Of a stretch of 38,294 bases of DNA, positions 35,599 to 38,294 are shown piece by piece. Numbering within the stretch: the stretch's first letter is position 1; every line of letters begins with the position of its first letter. The notes below the pieces were generated by a model. It saw only the letters and a list, made by a program, of their open reading frames with translations, searched no databases and had not been told where the DNA came from. Made by a program: the position numbers and the translations under genes. The DNA comes from a virus (lineage: Duplodnaviria > Caudoviricetes): the IMG/VR virus record IMGVR_UViG_3300048861_000251, positions 1 through 38,294 of that record; one strand, written 5' to 3'.

Positions 35599-35921
35599 TG
35601 TCCGAACTCCTTATCCCAATTTTCTCTCCGGTCATATTCCCTATGACTCAGGAAAGACCGGATATAGATGTGTCCCATCGTTTGCTGACCATTGTGCACT
35701 TTGGAATAATGAACGACCGTAACTAGCCGATACCGGTTATGCCGAATGTTGAAAATGACGTAGCCATCGACACAGTCAGCATCTGGGAACGTCTGTTTCA
35801 CCTCGACGAAGCTGGTCCAGCGAGATACCTTTACGATTTGGTACCAGGCGGTAATCTCATTCGCGGCATCTGGATATATTTCGGCAGCGTCTTTCAAATG
35901 CTTCAGCGTAACCACGTGCAT
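35595..35921 (-). CDS. higB: HigB toxin
   Basis: MHVV, VIFNIRHNRYRLV and FLSHREYD motifs; upstream of higA. Confidence 0.92.
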   Translation of the reverse strand: MHVVTLKHLKDAAEIYPDAANEITAWYQIVKVSRWTSFVEVKQTFPDADCVDGYVIFNIRHNRYRLVTVVHYSKVHNGQQTMGHIYIRSFLSHREYDRRENWDKEFGQ

Positions 35922-35927
35922 AGGATT

Positions 35928-35978
35928 ATTTTCTTTTCAAAATGAAAAGCTGTCAAGGTAATCTTTTCAATCTGAAAA
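35928..35978 (-). promoter_or_regulatory. higBA leaderless promoter with two operator palindromes
   Basis: TTGACA-17 nt-GAAAAT-6 nt-ATG; palindromes CTTTTCA-AAA-TGAAAAG (35933-35949) and TTTTCA-ATC-TGAAAA (35964-35978). Confidence 0.75.
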
Positions 35979-36001
35979 TAATCCAGCAAGATCACTGTAT
36001 T

Positions 36002-37159
36002 TCAATTAGTTACAGCGGTATTCAGTACCCTTAACGCATCGTGTATCTGAGACGGAGCAAGATGCGCGTATCGCATGGTGCTTGCGATGCTCGAGTGGCC
36101 CGCGGCCTCTTTAACCACCGACAGATGCACTCCTGCCTGCACGAGCCTAGAGCAGAACGTGTGACGAAGATCGTGCCACCGGAAGTTCTTTATCGTGGCA
36201 TCCTTCAGGATCTTCCCCCACCACTTATGCTGATCCTGCTTGCTGAACACGTACCCTTCTTTGTCGTTCTCATCCCGCCGCCGTACCTTCATGGCCTGTA
36301 GCTCTTCGAGATCATGCGCCACGTCATCGATTATGAATGCGTTCCTGGGCTTGCCGTTCTTGGTAACCCGCAGCCGCATGATCCTGCGCTCTAGGTCGAC
36401 GTCATCCCATCGCAGGTTATATTGCTCCGACTTACGTACCCCCGACTTCAGTGCGAAGTCGAACTCCATCATTCGTTCCCGCGCCTTGTCTCGTAAGGAT
36501 GCGTGACGCACCGGATCGTGCCGATCGATACCGGCCTGGAGGGCAGCTCTGAGCCGCTTCTCCTCCGCAGCAGACAGGAAACGCTCAACTCCATTTCCGA
36601 CGTCTCGCAATGGGACATCGGCCGCAGGGTTAATATCAACGAGTCCCATACGCCGGCCGTGCTGATAGCACATAGAGAAGGTGCCGCGCAGCTTGTTGAT
36701 GGTTGCATTGGCCAGTTCCCGACGCTTGGCCAGATCGTCAAGCCAGTGCTCAATGGCTGGTGCCTTAAGACTACCGGCCTCATAGGCCCCGAATGCCTCC
36801 TTAATATCTGAGATCCTCTTCGGCGGGTTCTTTTGATCGCGATACTCCTCGGGCCTGGCCTGCACGTACTTCAGGAACTCATCGCATAAGCGACCTACAG
36901 TGATACCGCCCGTGGTCCCCATGATCGCAACCTCTGAAACCGTGAGAACCGGTTGTTTCGCCGTGGCAGGAAGCAAGCCGCCATCACGCCGAACCGTCCT
37001 TGCCTTCTCTACCCACTTGATAGCCGCGGCTCTCCCTGCCGGACCTTTTCCGAACGACTTCCTTACCAGCTTGCCATTGACTCTCAGTTGGCCGTACCAG
37101 AGATCGGAATCCTTCTCGCGCTCGTAAACGCCCTGTACCTTAGCCGCCTTACGTGCCAT
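36002..37159 (-). CDS. int: Tyrosine recombinase/integrase
   Basis: GVRKSE, TKNG, WHDLRHTF, GHSS and TMRY catalytic motifs. Confidence 0.95.
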   Translation of the reverse strand: MARKAAKVQGVYEREKDSDLWYGQLRVNGKLVRKSFGKGPAGRAAAIKWVEKARTVRRDGGLLPATAKQPVLTVSEVAIMGTTGGITVGRLCDEFLKYVQARPEEYRDQKNPPKRISDIKEAFGAYEAGSLKAPAIEHWLDDLAKRRELANATINKLRGTFSMCYQHGRRMGLVDINPAADVPLRDVGNGVERFLSAAEEKRLRAALQAGIDRHDPVRHASLRDKARERMMEFDFALKSGVRKSEQYNLRWDDVDLERRIMRLRVTKNGKPRNAFIIDDVAHDLEELQAMKVRRRDENDKEGYVFSKQDQHKWWGKILKDATIKNFRWHDLRHTFCSRLVQAGVHLSVVKEAAGHSSIASTMRYAHLAPSQIHDALRVLNTAVTN

Positions 37160-37196
37160 TTTTCCTCGTTAGAAGGTGTGATACCTAGCTTTTATA

Positions 37197-37258
37197 GTAT
37201 CTCAAACGAGATTCTAAGGCGATGGTCTATACTTGCGAGTGAGATACTTTTGAGATAC
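37197..37258. repeat. Candidate integrase arm-type sites (TGAGATAC)
   Basis: Direct copies at 37240 and 37251 (11-bp period) and an inverted copy at 37197, between int and the att core. Confidence 0.6.
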
Positions 37259-37387
37259 ACTCCTCCTTTATTCGCTGCTATTCCTTGCAACGAATCGGCT
37301 CCAAGCTATGGCTTCAAATATCTGATTTTATGGAGAATTTCAACACAATGCGTTTCCTTGCGTTTCTATTCAAAATACACGAGTTCA

Positions 37388-37434
37388 CCCTTTTAAGGCG
37401 TTGGTCCTGGGTTCGAGCCCCAGCGCTCTCACCA
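37388..37434 (+). tRNA. 3' half of tRNA-Lys(UUU): att duplication, not a complete tRNA
   Basis: CTTTTAA anticodon loop, CTGGG-TTCGAGC-CCCAG T arm, acceptor strand ending ACCA; no 5' half upstream. Confidence 0.88.
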
Positions 37435-37452
37435 CATAGATTCCTAAAAACA

Positions 37453-37493
37453 AGAACGGCGCGCCCACCTTAGGTTTTGGCGTGCCGTTTTCT
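37453..37493 (+). terminator. Intrinsic terminator after the tRNA fragment
   Basis: AACGGCGCGCC...GGCGTGCCGTT followed by TTCT. Confidence 0.7.
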
Positions 37494-37518
37494 ATTGGAT
37501 GACGAGGAATGTGTAGAT

Positions 37519-38028
37519 CTATTCTTCCAGTTTCTTTTCAATGATTTCGGCAACTTCATTCCAATGCTTCTCAGTCGCCTCTGCAAACTCATCGAGGACC
37601 TCGCCGACAGAAACGCCTTTGCTGTTTAAAGACTTCTTGAATCTGGCAACTTCACCCTGTACATGATCCAGGATGGATTCCCGCATTTGCTCGATATCTT
37701 CGCGGACGGCTTCTACATCGATCCTTGGCTTTGTTGGCTCTTTTAATTTGCGCGGCACGCGGCCTGCAAGAGTGAGTTCGTTAACCCGGACTCGGTTCCG
37801 AGTAAGATTGGTTCCCGGGAACTCCAGATTTACCTCACGTCCGCTCGGACTGACATAGATGACGCGATATTCCGTCTCTTTATCGCCGATACGAACCATA
37901 TCCCCTACTTCCGGTATCTCAGGGGTCTCATGCTTTTCTAACATCGGCTTCTCTGCAAGAGATTCGCTCAGACGCCTTGCGATGTCTATGGGGTCGACTT
38001 CGTTAGATGGCTTCTTGCGTGTCGCCAT
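37519..38028 (-). CDS. Hypothetical protein outside the att (SH3/KOW-like N-half, helical C-half)
   Basis: AAGGA upstream; PEVGDMVRIG motif. Confidence 0.65.
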   Translation of the reverse strand: MATRKKPSNEVDPIDIARRLSESLAEKPMLEKHETPEIPEVGDMVRIGDKETEYRVIYVSPSGREVNLEFPGTNLTRNRVRVNELTLAGRVPRKLKEPTKPRIDVEAVREDIEQMRESILDHVQGEVARFKKSLNSKGVSVGEVLDEFAEATEKHWNEVAEIIEKKLEE

Positions 38029-38294
38029 AACACCATATGTCCTTCTTTGGGTAGTGATTTACACCTGACATCTGGCATTCAAGACGCTTTTACACTCTAT
38101 GGAGCGAAAGTCTGTTCTACACCTTGCTCCAGCGTAGTAAACGGCTCGTTATAACCGGCAGCACGCAAGCCCTGAACGTCGGCTTCAGTAAAGTGCTGAT
38201 AGCGATTTTTAAGATCTCCCGGAAAAGGAATGTATTCGATCTTCCCGGGCCCGTGAACACGCATCAGGGCTTCTGCAACCGCCTTAAACGTACG

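Larger units (their letters stand above)
1..37434 (-). mobile_element. HK97/lambda-like siphovirus-type prophage integrated at tRNA-Lys; left boundary outside the window
   Basis: Complete colinear head-tail operon on the minus strand, antirepressor, excisionase, and a tyrosine integrase next to a tRNA 3'-half duplication. Inclusion of 1-6000 is inferred because no left att is visible. Confidence 0.9.

Noticed and set aside
37388-37434. Functional phage-encoded tRNA
   Set aside because: The 5' acceptor strand and D arm are absent; it is an att duplication.

Overview
Most of this window (from position 1 or earlier to 37434) is an HK97/lambda-type siphovirus-like prophage integrated at a tRNA-Lys(UUU) gene. 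The duplicated 3' half of the tRNA (right att) is at 37388-37434 beside a tyrosine integrase; the left att is not in the window. The style of the small accessory genes suggests an Acidobacteriota host (inference). The minus strand carries an apparently intact packaging, head and tail operon: HNH, terS, terL, portal, protease, major capsid, connectors, tail tube, G/GT chaperones with a -1 slippery site, tape measure, distal tail, NlpC/P60 and a J-like tip. It is followed by three small paralogous tail genes and two large proteins with signal peptides and paired cysteines (a collagen-like fibre and a propeller/lectin-like protein). I could not recognise a replication initiator, CI-type repressor or endolysin. 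About 2.3 kb of nearly gene-free DNA containing a long inverted-repeat structure occupies the early region. Accessory cargo includes DUF3800, FRG, HigBA, a BssS-like protein, a degenerate receiver/HisKA-like pair bounded by an 85-bp direct repeat, and several small genes missing from the ORF track. The palindrome RCCGCGGY appears strongly over-represented. All family calls come from motif recognition by eye; no searches were run.
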